DNA of 64,000 nucleotides from assembly GCF_009914755.1 (NCBI RefSeq), contig NC_060928.1; one strand, given 5' to 3'. The notes below the pieces were generated by a model, which saw nothing but the letters and a program-made list of their open reading frames with translations, made no database searches and was not told the DNA's origin. Numbering within the stretch: position 1 is the stretch's first letter; each line of letters starts with the position of its first letter. Made by a program: the position numbers and the translations under genes. This DNA comes from the human T2T-CHM13v2.0 reference genome, Homo sapiens. Positions 11,831 to 26,699 of this stretch are shown here, one piece after another.

Positions 11831-14169
11831 TCACAACTTTTCCCCTAATAGTGATGTCTGGATTTGAGGAAGGGAAAATATAGGGAATAAAGAAGTGGAG
11901 TGAGATACTTTTTCACTCTCTATTTTCTCCCTTCCGCAGATCTGGTCGTGCTTTACTTATTATGTGGTCCATTAGGAACTGCTGTCTTTCTCCATGAACT
12001 TACCTTCCTGAATACCATGATGCTTTTAGGAATGGGCACTTGGTTCAACCAGGACAAATGGAATCTTTCTCTTGATTTTTTGGAGCTGAAGAACGAGGTA
12101 AAAGCCTTTTCCCCATGGATAGTGAGCCAGAAATCTGCTGAATCACTCCAGCCCCTGGGTAAAGAAAGCACATTTTCAGGAGAAGAAATTAAAACCAACC
12201 TATACAGAGAAGCAGAGATCAGAAACAGACAATTCTGATAGTATTTGGACCCCTGGTTCTTTTTTCTGAGACCACTCCCAAAGCTTCCTTGCTTTCCAAA
12301 GCATATTTGTTAGAGCATCTTCTGGTTCTTATTGGATAAGGTCCAAACTCTTGAGTCTGACAATCTCACATTTCCAGCACCAGTCAGCCTTATTTTGCTT
12401 CTAGCTTCCCAGTCAAGAGTTGCCTTCTACCAGATGCCACGCTCATTTTCGGTTGTGTGGTTTTCTTGAATGACTTCTTGCCTCCTCTCTCTGTAATACT
12501 AATTATTGCCTTTCTTCAGGGTCTAGTTCAACATCTATCTGCTCTATTAAAGCCCTTCTTGATTGATCTTTTCCTTCTCTGAACTATGGTAGCCTTTTTA
12601 TTCCCAGCTTTTCTACATGGTCTGAAACATATTTATCTTTCTGCCTTGGTTTCTTTTGCTATGTATTTTGTGTGTAAGATTTTTTTTCGTGTGTTTATTT
12701 ACTTAAAAACTTGTACCAGTTATCAGTTATCTTGGGACATAGTACTAACTATAAATGCAATTAAAAGTCTGAGAAGAAAGATAATTGGAGATTGGAAGTC
12801 AAATAAGTTTCTTGGAGGAACTCTGTCTCTCACTAGAATTTGAGAACAAGCAGTATTTGGTAGGTATAGAGGAGAATGGAGGGTGTTTTAGGTGGGAACA
12901 GTGGCATCAAAAAGGACACTGAGATGAGACTCTCATCTGAGATGAGACCAGTTACTTATGCCTTGATTTGTTTGGGCATGACCATTTTGGGTGAGGAGTA
13001 GAGGAGAATTGAACTGATCTACATAAAAAAGAGAGCAGAATATGAGACTCTTGTAAGCAATCCAGAAGGGAGAAATGAGGACCAGAGTTGGAAGTTTGGG
13101 AGAAAGGAGGAGAGTGGAGCAGCGAGCACTGGGAGGTTGTGTATAACCCAATGTGATCATTCTCCATGTTCCCAATACCTCAGGAAATTAAAGCAAACTC
13201 ATAAAGTGCTTGGAGAACATGCATATTTTATGGAAACTGATAATAGAGTTTTGACTTGTCAAGGGGGAAAACTGAGGAGACACACATGAATGCAGGTGCT
13301 GTAGGCAGAGTGGCCATGAAAGATAGCTGTCCTTGGGGATCTGCAGAAAGCATGAGGAGAGTTTCAAGACTTAACTGTCTGGATTTGGAGGTTCAAGCCA
13401 AACGGCAGCATGTCTCAACAATCATCTGGGTTATAAGTGTTTATTCATTTGGTAGTAGGCAAATTACTTTTGCCTTCCCATGTTGATGATAAGTCCCATG
13501 AGTAGAGTCCATGTTGTCTCTCCTGTCTCAAAGTCTCTCACACTGGGTCAAGCTCAAAGTAACTGTTTATATACCTTGTCTCTCCACTTTCCATTGCTTC
13601 TCTATATCAATGTTGGGCCGATAACTGGTACAATTTTGCTTTTATCAAGTCGGTTTCCAGATCTATAGAAGAAGAAGAAGCAAAAAGAGGAGAGGGGAAG
13701 AGGAGGGCCCTGTAATTGTTCTCTGGATGTTAAACTCCTGATGGTGGCCAGATTCCTCCATTATCTGGCTTCATTCCGTTTATCTAACCTCATCTGCTTT
13801 TGCCCACATGGTTCTCTTTTCCAGGAATATCGAGTTCCACTCTGTCTACTCACATAGCATGAAGAGTCTCATCTCAGTGTCCTTTTTGATGCTGCTGTTC
13901 CCACCTGAAACACCCTCCACTCTCCTCTCTACCTACCAAATCCTGCTTGTTCTCAAATTCTAGCGAGAGACGGAGTTCCCCTAAGAAATCTATTTGATTT
14001 CCATTTTAATTGCATTTATAGTTAGTACTATGTCCAATGACATTCATTATTGTTCTCTTGGTGATTTTATGATGGCCAGTCTTCTCATAATCAGCTTGAG
14101 GACTAAAATAGTGACTTGTAATTTTCATGTAGTAGGTACTTAGTACTTACTCAGTGTTTTCTAAGTCCC

Positions 14170-14296
14170 TTCCCTAAATGAGTTCACCAAGGACAGGGGC
14201 TTTGTTTTGTTTCCTACTCTTCCCCCAAAGCCAGAACTTGCCTGGAAAATCGTGGGTACTCAGTGAATATTTATTGAATGAATTAATGAATGAATA
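14170..14296 (+). mobile_element. L2 3' end
   Basis: AAGGACAGGGGCTTTGTTTTGTT...TACTCAGTGAATATTTATTGAATGAATTAATGAATGAAT tail. Confidence 0.75.
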
Positions 14297-15024
14297 ACAG
14301 CCTGCCAACCTTTATGAGATCCAGCAGTGCAGAACAATCTGTTTTCTTTCCCACATACTATTTCAGACTTTTTCATCTCTCCCTTGACTCTATTACAATT
14401 CCTTTGTTGAATTTTTCAGCCTTTTAGATAATTTCAAATGCCACTACCTAGCTCCTTCAGTGTGGTATCAGTCAGTCTTAAAGCACAGCACTTATTTCAA
14501 ATCACATTTGTGCCAAATTTAGTCCATTTATACTGAAAGAGAAAACAGGGTAGCCATGTAGATGCATAACCTGCTCCTTCATGTCCACACTCCCTTGAGT
14601 GTATCACAATACAGAAAACATGGGACTTGGGCATGTATATAGCAAAATGGAATCTCTCTGGAGAGGTACCATTTTCATAAATGGAAATGTTCAATATCAT
14701 AAAGATATCAATAATCCTCAAATTCATATATAAAAATCTGTTGCAAGTCCAATCAAAATCCCAACAGATAATTTTGTTTAGTGAAAATTAATAGATTGAT
14801 TCCAAAATTCACTTGGAACAGAAGATTGTGAAAAGCCAAGACAGTTTTAAAGAAGAATGAAGGAAAGGCAATTTGGTTTTTCAGATACCAGGATTTATTG
14901 TGAAGTCATATTAATTAATTCAAAGTGATGTTAGTGCAAGGATAGCAAGCATACTAATTAAACAGAGCAGAGGGCCCAACATACATTTCTGTATCTACAG
15001 AAGTGACACTACAAATTAGTATAG

Positions 15025-15333
15025 GGCTGGTAGGCACAGTGGCTTTCGCCTGTAATCCCGGCGCTTTCGGAGGCAGAGGTGGGAGAATTGCTTGAGCCCG
15101 AGCATTTGAGACAAGGCCTGGTAAAGACAGTAAGACTTCGTCTCTACAAAAAATAAAAAAGTTAACTGAGCATGGTGGCATGCATCTGTAGTCCTAGCTA
15201 TTTGGGAGGCTGATGGGAGGCTAGCTAGATGGGAGGCTTGAGCCAAGGAGTTTGAGACTTCAGTGAGCTATGATCATGCCACTGCACTCCAGCCAGGGTG
15301 ACAGAGCGAGACCCCATTTCTAAACAAAAAAAA
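15025..15333 (+). mobile_element. AluJ
   Basis: Dimeric Alu with local GATGGGAGGCT duplication; TSD-like AAATTAG(T/C)AT. Confidence 0.9.
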
Positions 15334-15767
15334 TTAGCATGGAATAACAGGTTGGAAAAAATTGTGCTATAACAATTGGCTAAAAGTATAAAACAAAAGT
15401 ATATCTACTGTATTATATATAAAAATAAAAAATTTCAGATGGATTAATTATGCAAATGTAAAAAGCAGAAACTATAAATACATTCAAGGAAAATACAGAT
15501 TATTTTCAAGGTTTCAGATAGGGAAACATATTATAAACAACACAGAAAATGCATAAACCAAGAGAAAAAAGATGAATAAATTTGACCGCATTAAAATTTA
15601 AAGCTTATTTATAAAAAGACATCATAAAAAAATTAAAAGGCAAGTCACAGACAGAGAAGATATTTCAAGCATATATCTGATGAAGAATGATATCAGGAAT
15701 ATATATATTTTTAAGCTCAATAAGAAAAAGACAAGAATTAAATAGAAAAAAATGGGCAAGGGTATGA

Positions 15768-16203
<436 letters not shown>

Positions 16204-16539
16204 GGCATTCTTTTTTAAGGTATATGTGTGTATTAGAAAAGCTCTTGTATATGTGAACAAGTAGTTATATCTCTGGAAGACTGTAATTGTAAAAAATTGG
16301 GAAAAACCCAAATTCCCACTAACAAAGGAATAGATAAATAACTTGTGGTACTTAAAAAAAAAAAACAGTTAAAAGTAAACTAATTAGGGCTATGTGAGTC
16401 AATATGAATATACCTCAAAAAATATAATTTGAAGAAAGCAAATTGAGTGTATACAGCATTATGCCATTTACATAAAGTTTGAAAACACACAAAACAATAT
16501 TTTGTATCATTGAAGGACATATGTTGTATAGTATAGCAG

Positions 16540-16835
16540 ACTGGATTCCCAAAAAAGTAAGTTCTAAGATAGAGATTATCAAGGAAGAGGTTCTTTAGTG
16601 AGTGATTTTGGGAACAACATCTTGTGGAAAGGAGGTGAAGGAGGACTGCACAGAAGGGAGCTTGGGCTGTGATGCAGACCTAACAAAGACCTCAGTCAAC
16701 CCCTCTACGGGCCTCTGAAACTGGGATTACCCTTCAGAATTGTCTTGAGTTGAGGTGAGGGCCCTTGCCTTTACAGCCCTGCAATGGTCACTGGATGATA
16801 GGAAAATGCATGACCTGGAGGAGGCAGCTCTCCTC
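16540..16835 (-). mobile_element. ERVL LTR16-like fragment
   Basis: GGGAACAACATCTTGTGGAAAGG...TTGGGCTGTGATGCAG...GAGGCAGCTCTC motifs (recalled). Confidence 0.5.
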
Positions 16836-16842
16836 TGTCTCT

Positions 16843-17226
16843 GTGTAATCATTAGGAACATTCAACACCAATATTCCATTACTCTCCTAGAAATGTGGTA
16901 GCATTATACTTTCCCATGTCCTTTAAGTTAGAGTTGGCCAATGGAATGGGAGCAGAAGTTGCATGGGTCATCTCTAGGTAGAAGCTTTTAATAGTCCGAA
17001 TGTAATTCTACAAATTTCCTTCCCACTACCGTGGGATCTGTGACATTCTAGGTGGTAGAAGCTCTTCCGGCTGTGTTTCTCAATGAAGATAATGTGGATC
17101 AGTGCATTCAGCCATCCTGTAAGCAACATGAGGCATGAGCAAAAAGGAAACATTTTCTTTTGTAAATACCTGATATACTGGGGTTATTTGCCACTGCAGC
17201 ATAACCTACATGTTTGGACTGATACC
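16843..17226 (+). mobile_element. Old MaLR LTR (MLT1-like)
   Basis: TGGCCAATGGAATGGGAGCAGAAGT...GGGGTTATTTGCCACTGCAGCATAACCTA...GACTGATAC. Confidence 0.6.
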
Positions 17227-17691
17227 ACCTTTTGATTGCAAATGTCACTTTTACCATGTCTGATTTCTCTTCTTCTTGCCATATGTATTTACTTAACACT
17301 CTTTTTTATCCTGTTCGAAAATCAGGATTTCACAAAATGTGTTCTGTAGAAAACTAGTCATGTGAGCTGCTCTCCAAAATCTTGGTTTTTATGGTCAACT
17401 AAGTAGGAAACCGCGTATTTTATCACTCTCTCAGGGATTTATAATTGCTCATTGGCATATTAAATTTCCTAAGCACTCTTTCCATTAAAAAACCTGTATT
17501 AATTAATTTTAATCTTCCATTTCACAAACTCATTTGACTATAGAATCCTAAAAATAACATCTATTAACATCTGACAGAGAAACACATTTTTGGAAAGTAT
17601 GCCCTAAGCATTCTTCCACTTTCCATTGCAAATTAAACACATCCAGCGGGTCTACTTGGAAGTGAAGAGAATGGAACTAGGACTTACTTAC

Positions 17692-17717
17692 AATGGGTCC
17701 AAGAGCTAACAGCCTTT
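17692..17717 (-). other. Candidate 26-nt microexon with tandem donors
   Basis: TTTTATGCCTGTAG|AAAGG...CCCATT|GTAAGTAAGT; alternative donor 4 nt further on. Confidence 0.2.
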
Positions 17718-18039
17718 CTACAGGCATAAAATTTCAATAGAATTGACGTGTAAAGAAACTATTCAACTGGCTTCAAAATCAATCAACACACATGTAGAAT
17801 ATAGAGAATGTGAAACACAAATACGTATGTATTGGCTAAAGGGTCCTTAATTACCTAAGGCTGGCAATATGTTTTCAAAGATAACATGCAAACACATAAA
17901 AAGCAAAACAACAAACGTTAGAAAATAACCACTGCCAAATGAGTGGGTATAGACAGAACATTGAGGTTGTCTAAGATCACACAGTGAGTAAAGGCCAGAG
18001 TTAGTAACTACGTTCCATATATTGGATCTCAGAATCAAA

Positions 18040-18480
18040 GATTCACTGAGTCACACATCATTCTTTGATATTATTCTGAATCTCTTGAAGTGTGATGTAT
18101 AAGAACTTAAATCTTAAGCACAAACAATTAGGATAATTAGCATCTCTGTATATTTCCATAATGGCATCAGACAACAAAAGGAAACTTGCCAATTTCCCAA
18201 TCAGGCAAAGTCCAAAAAACGCTTTCCTGCCTGCCTGCCTTATTATTGCAGCAAATTATAGCACCACTTGCTGGCTGAGAAAATGGCTCACTCAGAATGA
18301 GGAGGCAGGGCAGACGGCTGCCTGTGCCTTTAGAAAATGTTTGTTGTTTGTTTTGTTTTTTTAAGAATTTAGACAAGAGTTAAAGAATTACTTCTTTCTA
18401 TTGAGAGCTCTATATTTTAATAAATTGGAGTGGTGGACAAGCTGGAATAGATGGAGCAGAATGTTGCATAATCTCTAATC
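18040..18480. promoter_or_regulatory. Candidate endoderm/hepatocyte-type enhancer
   Basis: AP-1 TGAGTCA 18047, NFI half-site TGCCAA 18187, CCAAT 18197, HNF4 CAAAGTCCA 18206, forkhead-like TGTTTG 18338, C/EBP GTTGCATAAT 18463, all in unique sequence. Confidence 0.4.
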
Positions 18481-20914
18481 TCTCCCCTGCTTCTTTTTAT
18501 ATGTTTTGAATGAAGAAAGAACTATTTTAGTTGACAGGAAGAAAAGACAAAAACTTTAAAAAGAACACAAAACTACCAAGGTTTTGTCTTTGCCTGTGTG
18601 CATAAAAGCTTGAGATTGGAATAAAATTCTTAGTGTAATGTATTAGAGACTCAGAATCTAGATATTTTGGGAGTAGATGGCTCAGCAAAAACACAGATTA
18701 CTTTTAGACTCAATCTATTATTTATTATTTCAATTTATAAAAAATGCACCCAATGCATCTTTGGGATGAAGAGTTCAAAGTCATTGTGATTGTGTAGTTG
18801 GCTTATCTCTCACTTATAGAAATCTGCATATTTTATGTTGACTTGAAGTTGTGTCCTTTGAGAGACTGTCATGCCATAAAGACAAAAAATTAATTTTAAA
18901 GAATAAAATCACAGTGTCATCATAGATATATTACTTTTAAGTTATATATCACATAATGATTTCTTGTCAATAGATGTTTTAGTTAAATTATGAGGAATGG
19001 CTGCTGAGATTTGGAGTGGGACATTATTTTTTATCTCTATAGTTAATCATTCCTATTGCCTTGAAGTCAGAATAAAAAAACCCTCCACAGAGTTCAAAGT
19101 GTGAACCCCATTATTTATAAAATGAAGTAATTACAGGTTTTTTACTATCTGTGTTTACATTAAATTACGATTTCTAACACTTCCCCTTCTTCCTCCCTTT
19201 AGTGCTTCCAACTCCCCTCCCTGACCCCACTTCTAAAACACTTCATTTTGGTCTGCCAAGTAGACTCAGTTTTCCAATTTGATAAAAGAGAAAATGGTTA
19301 TGCTGAGTTCAAAAGATTCTTGTATTATTTTAGTTGGAGATTGATAATGACTCTTTAAAAGTTCTAATTTTGATTCTGAGACTCTCCTTCCTAAAATAAT
19401 TCATAATGCTGGGAAACAGCATTTCTTATATTAAAATTTAATTTCAACTGCTACATTTAATTGAAAAATTACTTTGAGATCAGTTTCTTACTTTTCACTT
19501 AAAATATACTGCAAGCAGATAAAAAAATTACGCTGTCTTTAAAAAGCTGTATTATAGATATCTACATACATAAATATTCAAATCTTGAGTCAGGTTTTGT
19601 TTTTTACTTGATTTTTTGTTGTTTCTTGTGTAATTATATATATCTGGTGGGTTGCACCTATTTTCAATTAAAGTAGAAGCAATCAAAATCTAGCTATGTA
19701 CTAAATACATTTTTGTATTGCTCTTTTTATTTTTAAAGGTGAAAAACATTAATACATTCATAAATTCATAAATCAGCATCATTTGGCAAACTTCTTATAT
19801 TAAACTAGGCAGCATTTAATTATTAAGCTAACTAGTCAAATGAGTGAAATTCTAATTAAAGCCCCAGCAAACAGCCGCTCTCCATTCCTGGTTTATAATT
19901 CAATGTCCACCAAAAAAGTCAAATAAAGGTCACCATATCACCTCACATCTGAACATTTAGGAAAGGAATCTGCCTGTTCAATCAGCCTCATTAGATCTAA
20001 ATCTGAATATTTTAAAAAGTATATAAAACAAACAAACAAATATGCTAAAAACTCCATAGACTGAGGTTTCAGAAATGACAAATATATAAGACAAGTTACT
20101 TAGAAAAGTACATTTCACATTTTTGTGCAAAAAGTAAAAGCAAAGCAGTATTTTCAAATAGCAGATAAATAGGCATTTGTGGTAAACAGAATTTTATTTC
20201 TTAAAATGTGTATTATCAACTCAACATTGCTGTAAGGCGTAAGTAGGATGAATAAAGCTGTATGGTACAGAAATAGACTCTTAACATTGAGTTCAAGTTT
20301 TATCTTGCTAATCATATGAATGTGAATGAAAATAATTCAAATGCTTAATCTGAACAAACTACTTATCATGGAGAACTTAATGAAATACTGGTTTCAAACA
20401 GTTTTTAGGACATAAACTACAGAATAAAGAACCAGGGATCCTATTACCTATTACAATGAAGTGTTTCTGAAAGTACTTTACATCTTTCAACCTCCAGTTG
20501 ATAAAGATGATTGGACCACCTTCCAGAAGGAGGCTGCCTGAGTTCCTATGAGGCTGTTCAATTAGAGATTTCAAGAGCCAAATTCATATCATATCAAACA
20601 CTGCTGCTACTTTCTCTGCATTGCCTTCAGGAAAGCATAAAGCAACCCACAGGCTATTGTGAAATGCTTAACTGCCCAAAGTATGAGAAATGAGAATTGA
20701 AAGGACCAGGTACATTTTCTCTAAGATTTCAACTCTGTATTGTGTTTTTAAAATATAATTTAATAGGAGTGAAAAATTCGATTAGTCTGTTTCACCTTGT
20801 TAATTAAGACAACCTTAGGGTAGAAGGGTTATTTACATTTATTGAATTAATTAGCCTGTGAAACACTTTTTCAGGGAAGCCAAGCACTATGCTAGGCACA
20901 TACAATAGCCATGA

Positions 20915-21349
20915 CAGTGAGTTCATGTCCCCTGTGTCCGTGCTGTTAGCAATGAGATTTCACAGATCTGTTAATCAAGAAGTGGAATCTATCTCTTCAT
21001 CCCTTTAATTGGGGTTTACCTTGTGATTTGTTTTGACCAATAGAATGTGGCAGAAATGATGATGTGGCAGTACCCAGACTAGCACTTAAGAAATTTCTCA
21101 GACTATTCTCTTGGGACTCCTTCCTCTGTCACTAGCTAGGGGATAAGACCACAAGGACCAGAACTAAGTTGGCCCAGTTATGCTAACAGAGGCCCCAGAC
21201 ACGTTAGAGAGCCCAGCCAAGATCAACAGACCTGACCTAAAGCTGATTTACAGCTGAGCACGGGCACATGCAGGAGCCCAGCTGAGATCAGAGCAACTGT
21301 CCAGCTGAGCTCAGCCTAAATTGCCATGAACTAAATAAATAGCTGATAC
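20915..21349 (+). mobile_element. MaLR LTR (MLT1H/G-like)
   Basis: TTGTTTTGACCAATAGAATGTGGCAGAAATGATG...GAGGCCCCAGAC...CAGCTGAGCTCAGCCTAAATTGCC...GCTGATACA. Confidence 0.7.
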
Positions 21350-21582
21350 AAGTATACCGTAATCTCATAATACTCCACTGTCCTCAATTAACACTGTGGT
21401 ACCTGACAGGAGTCAAGAAATTCAAAGCCTGAAGACATGAACACATTAAGCCACATCCCTATATGGACTATCATCTTTAGATTATCTGTTGGACACATTA
21501 CAAGCCTGTGCCTGAATCAAACTTCATAGTCACTGCCTTTCAGTAACTTTTAAACATTATTTATTATATAAAATCATTTACA

Positions 21583-21865
21583 GGCCAGGTGCAGTGACTC
21601 ATACCTGTGGTCCCAGCATTTTTGGAGGCCAGGGCAGGCAGCTCGCTTGAGCCTAGGAGTTAGAGACCAGCCTGGGCAACATGGCGAAACCCCGTCTCTA
21701 CAAAAAATACAAAAATGTTAGACATGGTGTTGCATGCCTGTAGTCCCAGCTACTCAGGAGGCTGAGGTGGGAAGATAAATTGAGTCCAGGAGTTTGAGGC
21801 TGCAGTGAACTGTGACAGTGTCACTGCACTCCAGCCTGAGAGACAGAGCCAGAACCTGTCTCAAA
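21583..21865 (+). mobile_element. AluJ(b)
   Basis: Dimeric Alu with GAGGCTGCAGTGA and GCTTGAGCCTAGGAG J-type motifs. Confidence 0.93.
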
Positions 21866-22144
21866 CCATCCCCCCAAAATTTACATTACTATGTAGAACT
21901 ATACACAGTGTGTTTATGCTTGATTAATTGATTTTTTTAACCTGTTAAATAATTTAAAGTTGAGAACCAAATAGAAATGAACCTAACAAGCTTCACATAG
22001 TCACTAAAAACCAGACAATAGTGCAGGCTTTTGTACAACTAGTGATGTGTGTGTATATGATATTAGGAATGATCATCAATTCTCCCTTGTATCTGGGCAT
22101 TTCAGATCGGTCAAGGATCATTATATCAAATTAGAGCTGTGGCC

Positions 22145-24189
22145 AACAATGAGTAAGGAGATTGAATTGGTAATAAAAGGTTTCACATCAAGGAAAAGAC
22201 AGGACCTGATGGCTTCACTGCTTAATTTGACCAAACATTTAAAGAATTGATACCAATCTTTCTCAAACTCTCAAAGCATAATACCAAAGTGTAAATTATC
22301 CCTGGATGCAAGGATGGTTCAACACATGCAAATTAATATATGTGACACAACACATTCACAGAATGAAGGACAAAAACCATATGATCATCTCAATAGATGC
22401 AGAAAAAGCATTTGACAAAACTCAGCATCCTTTCAGTATAAAAACTCTCAATAAATTAAGTATAGAATGAATGCACCTGAACACAATAAAGGCCTTATAT
22501 GATAAGGCCACAGCTAGCATTATACTCAGTGGTGAAAAGTTGAAGGCTTTTTCTTTAAAGTCAGGAACAAGATAAGGTTGCTCACTCTTGTAGTGCTGGA
22601 AGTCCTTGCCACAGTAACTAGGCAAGAGAAAAAAATAAGTCATCCAAATCTGAAATGAAGAAGTTAATTTGTCTGTTTGCAGACATGATGTTATATACAG
22701 AAAACCCTAAAGTCTCCAAGTTACAATTAATAAATGAATTCGGTAAAGTTGCAGGAAAAAAAGCAACATACAAAAATAAGTAGTGTTTTAATACACTAAC
22801 AATGAACTATTTAAAAGGGAAATCAAGAAAGTATCTTATTTACAATAGCTACAAATAAATACTTACAAATAAATTTAGCCAAGGAGGTAAAAGATCCGTA
22901 CACTGCAAGCTATAAACCATTGATGAAAGAAATTGAAGAAACAACTAAATAGAAAGATATTTTGTGTTCAATGATTGGAAGAATTAATATTGTTAAAATG
23001 TCCATACTATCCAAGGCAATGTACAGATTCAGTCCAATCTGTATCAAAATCCCAATGAAATATTTCACTGAAATAGAAAAAACAATCCTAACATTTGTAT
23101 GGAATCACAAAAAATCCTGAAGAGCCAGAGCAATCTTAAGCAAAAAGAACAAAGCTGGAGGCATCACACTACTTGATGTCAATATATATTATAAAGTTGT
23201 AGTAATCAAAACAGCATGGTACTGGCATAAAAACAGACACATCAACCAATGGAACAGAATCAGAGTAGAGAGACCAGAAATAAACCCATGCCATTTACAG
23301 TCAGTTCATTTTCAACAAAGATGCCACGAACACACAGTGGAGAAGGAACAGTCTCTTCAATAGACAGTTTTGGAGAAACTGGATGTCCACATGCAGAATA
23401 ATGAAATTAGACCCTTATCTCATACCATATACAAAAATTAACTCAAAATGGATTAAAAAACATCAGACCTGAAACTATAAAAGTGCTAGAAGAAAACAGG
23501 AGGAAAGTTCCATAACATTGGTTTTGCATAGGCAACAAAAACAAAAATAGACAAATAGGATCACAGCAAACTAAAAAGCTTCTGCTCTGTGAAGGAAACA
23601 ACCAACAGAATGAAGAGACAACCTATAGAATGAGAGAAAATATTTCAAACTATGCATCTGATAAGGAGTTACTATCCAAAACATATAAGGTACTCAAACA
23701 ACTTAGCAGCAAGAAAACAAATAACCTCATTTAAAAATGGGCAAAGAACCTGAACAGAGATTTCTCAAAAGATGTACCAACAGCCAACAAGTATATGAAA
23801 AAATGCTCAACATCACTAATTATCAGAGAAATGTAAATTAAATCTACAATAAGCTATCACTTCACGTATGTTAGAATAGCTGTTATCAAAAAGTCAGAAG
23901 ATAACAAGTATTAGGGAAGATGTGGAGAAAAGGGAACTCTTGCATACCATTGATGGGAATGTAAATTAGTACAAACATTATGGAAAACAGTAAGGAAATT
24001 CCTGAAAAAATTAAAAATAGAACTAGCATATGATCCAGCAATTCCACCACTGAGTATATATACAAAGAAAATGACATTAGTATATTGAAGAGATATCTGC
24101 ATTCCCATATGGATTGTAGCATTATTCCCAATAACAAGATACAGAATCAACCTAAGTGCTGGTAAAGGATGAATGGATTTTTAAAAATG

Positions 24190-24236
<47 letters not shown>

Positions 24237-24829
24237 CACATATAACATATCACATTTATACACACACAATGTAATGTTTTAAAAGTTTAAAAAATGTTCT
24301 ATATATAATATACATATCACATTTATACACACATACACACATACAATAGAATATTATTAAAACTTAAATTTAAAAAAGAAGAAAATCCTGTCATTTGTAT
24401 CAACATGGATGAACCTGAAGGACATTATGCTAAGTGAAATAAAGCACAGTAAGACAAATACCTCGTGATCTCACTTATTTGTGGAATCTATAAAATTTGA
24501 TTTCTAGAAATAGAGAGTAGAATGGTGGTTGGGAGGGGAGGGAGAATTGAGGAGATGTTGGTCAAAGGATACACAATTTCAGTTAGGAGAAATAAACTCA
24601 GGAGATTTATTGTACAACATGGTGACTATAGTTGAAAACAATGTATGATGTACTTGAAAATTGCTAAGAGAGTAGATTTTAAATGTTCTTACCACATAAA
24701 AAATAAATATGTGAGGTAATGCCTATGTTAATTAGCTGAATTTAGCCATTTCACAATTATGCATGATTCAAAACATCATTTTGTGCAGCATAAATATATA
24801 CAATTTGTATTTATCAGTTAAAAAAAATC
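22145..24829 (+). mobile_element. 5'-truncated L1 (L1MA-like), decayed ORF2 plus 3'UTR
   Basis: ATCATCTCAATAGATGCAGAAAAAGCATTTGACAAA, TTTGCAGACATGAT (FADD remnant), L1MA-type 3'UTR; (TA)n at 24191-24232. Confidence 0.92.
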
Positions 24830-24840
24830 AACAATGACAA

Positions 24841-25139
24841 GGCCAAGTGGGGTGGTTCATGCCTGGAATCCCAGCACTTTGGGAGGCTGAGGCAGGCAGA
24901 TCACCTGAGGTCAGGAGTTGGAGACCAGCCTAGCCAACATGGTGAATGAAACCCTGTCTCTACTAAAACTACAAAAATTAGCCTGGCGGTGGCGCACGCC
25001 TGTAATCCCAGCTACTCGGGAGGCTGTGGCAGGACAATTGCTTGAACCCAGGAGGCAGAGGTTCCAGTAAGCCTGAGATCACACCACTGCACTCCAGCCT
25101 GGGTGACAAAGCGAGACTCCATATCAAAAAAAAAAAAAT
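24841..25139 (+). mobile_element. AluSx-like, inserted in the L1 A-rich tail
   Basis: TSD-like AAAAAAATCAACAA..ACAA on both sides. Confidence 0.95.
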
Positions 25140-26699
25140 CAACAACAACAAAAAGTAGACACACAAAGTCTCCTCATCCCAAACCATTCACATTATTATA
25201 GCTGTAGGCCACTATATATTAATGTCCAAATTCATCATGAGCCATAGAGCAGACAAATGATAGAATTTGGAGTTGGAAGAATCTTCAGGGCTTACTGAAT
25301 GTGGGGGCAAGAACAGCAACATTATATAAAGAACCCCATTCTCTTCCTAGCTGTGCCACGCATACCTTCTTTAGCCTAAATTTTTTATCAGTAAAGTGAG
25401 AGTTGGGGTATAAATGACTTCTTTGTGTTAGAGGGCAATTTAAAAAATTAATTCCTCTCTGCATTCTAAAGGATGGTGAAAAAGAGCTGAATTACATAGG
25501 ACAATAAGTTTTTGAGAAGCCAACTGGGAAACAGAAGAAGGAAGATGTCACCAGACAAAAGAAGTCTAATGGGAGGAATCCGTGGAATTTTCTTTTGCAT
25601 GCTTGTGTGAGTGTCCCAATAAGCCTTGCCCATTCTTTGGGAGTTAGAATATTGGGACAGATTGGGAAGGTACCAGGGATGTATTGCAAAGTACAACTAA
25701 GTCCATCTAAGGGATCTAATATGCGCCAGGAGTGAGAAGAGAAGCTGTCCAAAAAAGGCCAGTTATCTTGGGTTCCATGAGATTCTTTGCGTGTCTCAAA
25801 ATCTCTGGCTGTGAAAGCTATCCCTCCTTCATAGCATTTATCTTAAATAATAGCTTGCTTTTTTTCTAAATTCTCTCAGAATTTTTGATGAGCCATTTGG
25901 AACCTGACTGATGTATATCTCTGTGCTATATATAAAGAAAGGATTTGTCCAAAAGAAAAAAAAAAAATCACACAAACAGGACTATAAAAACGACACTCAA
26001 GAAAAAAAAAAACTGCTTGAAAGAGCAGTTTTCAAACACCTTAAATACTTTAAAACATGATTTTATCAATTTTCCTTCATGAAATACATTAAAGTTATGA
26101 CCAATCATCTAAAATGATGTGTCTATATGTTTTCTCTAATTGTGCACAAAGATAATTGGAAGACATTTCCTTTTTAATGTGTAAATTATAACAAGATTTA
26201 GGGAAGTTGGCTAATAATATGGCAGGCTGATTAGATGAATTAGTAAATTAACCCAAGCTGTTACTATACATATGTAAGTCCTCTGAAATAGGAATTTTTA
26301 ATTGATTCCTCAAGGGTGCTTGTTAAAGTGGCAAGATGGTTGCTTGACTGTTCATGTAAATAATGAAAAAAAAAACTAACATAAAAAAAGGAGCCAGTTA
26401 ACCTCCATACTGGTGGTAATGAACTTCATACAGACGCCATAATCACTGAACATCAAAGTTCCAGTTGAAATGCAAGCCCAGATAATTTCATTTGCTCTCT
26501 TCCTGCTCCCCTTCCAACTCCCTCCATCTCCAGTCTCATCCATCAGCAAGGGCAGACCCCTCTTGTCACATACCCATGCCCACACTCCAGTCCCCTCCAG
26601 CTCAGTTGTCCTCTTTGCCTCTATCTTATACTAGGGATTTGTGCATCATTCTAATGCTCATATCCTATTTCCCCTATAAAGTGCTAAATACATCGAAGT

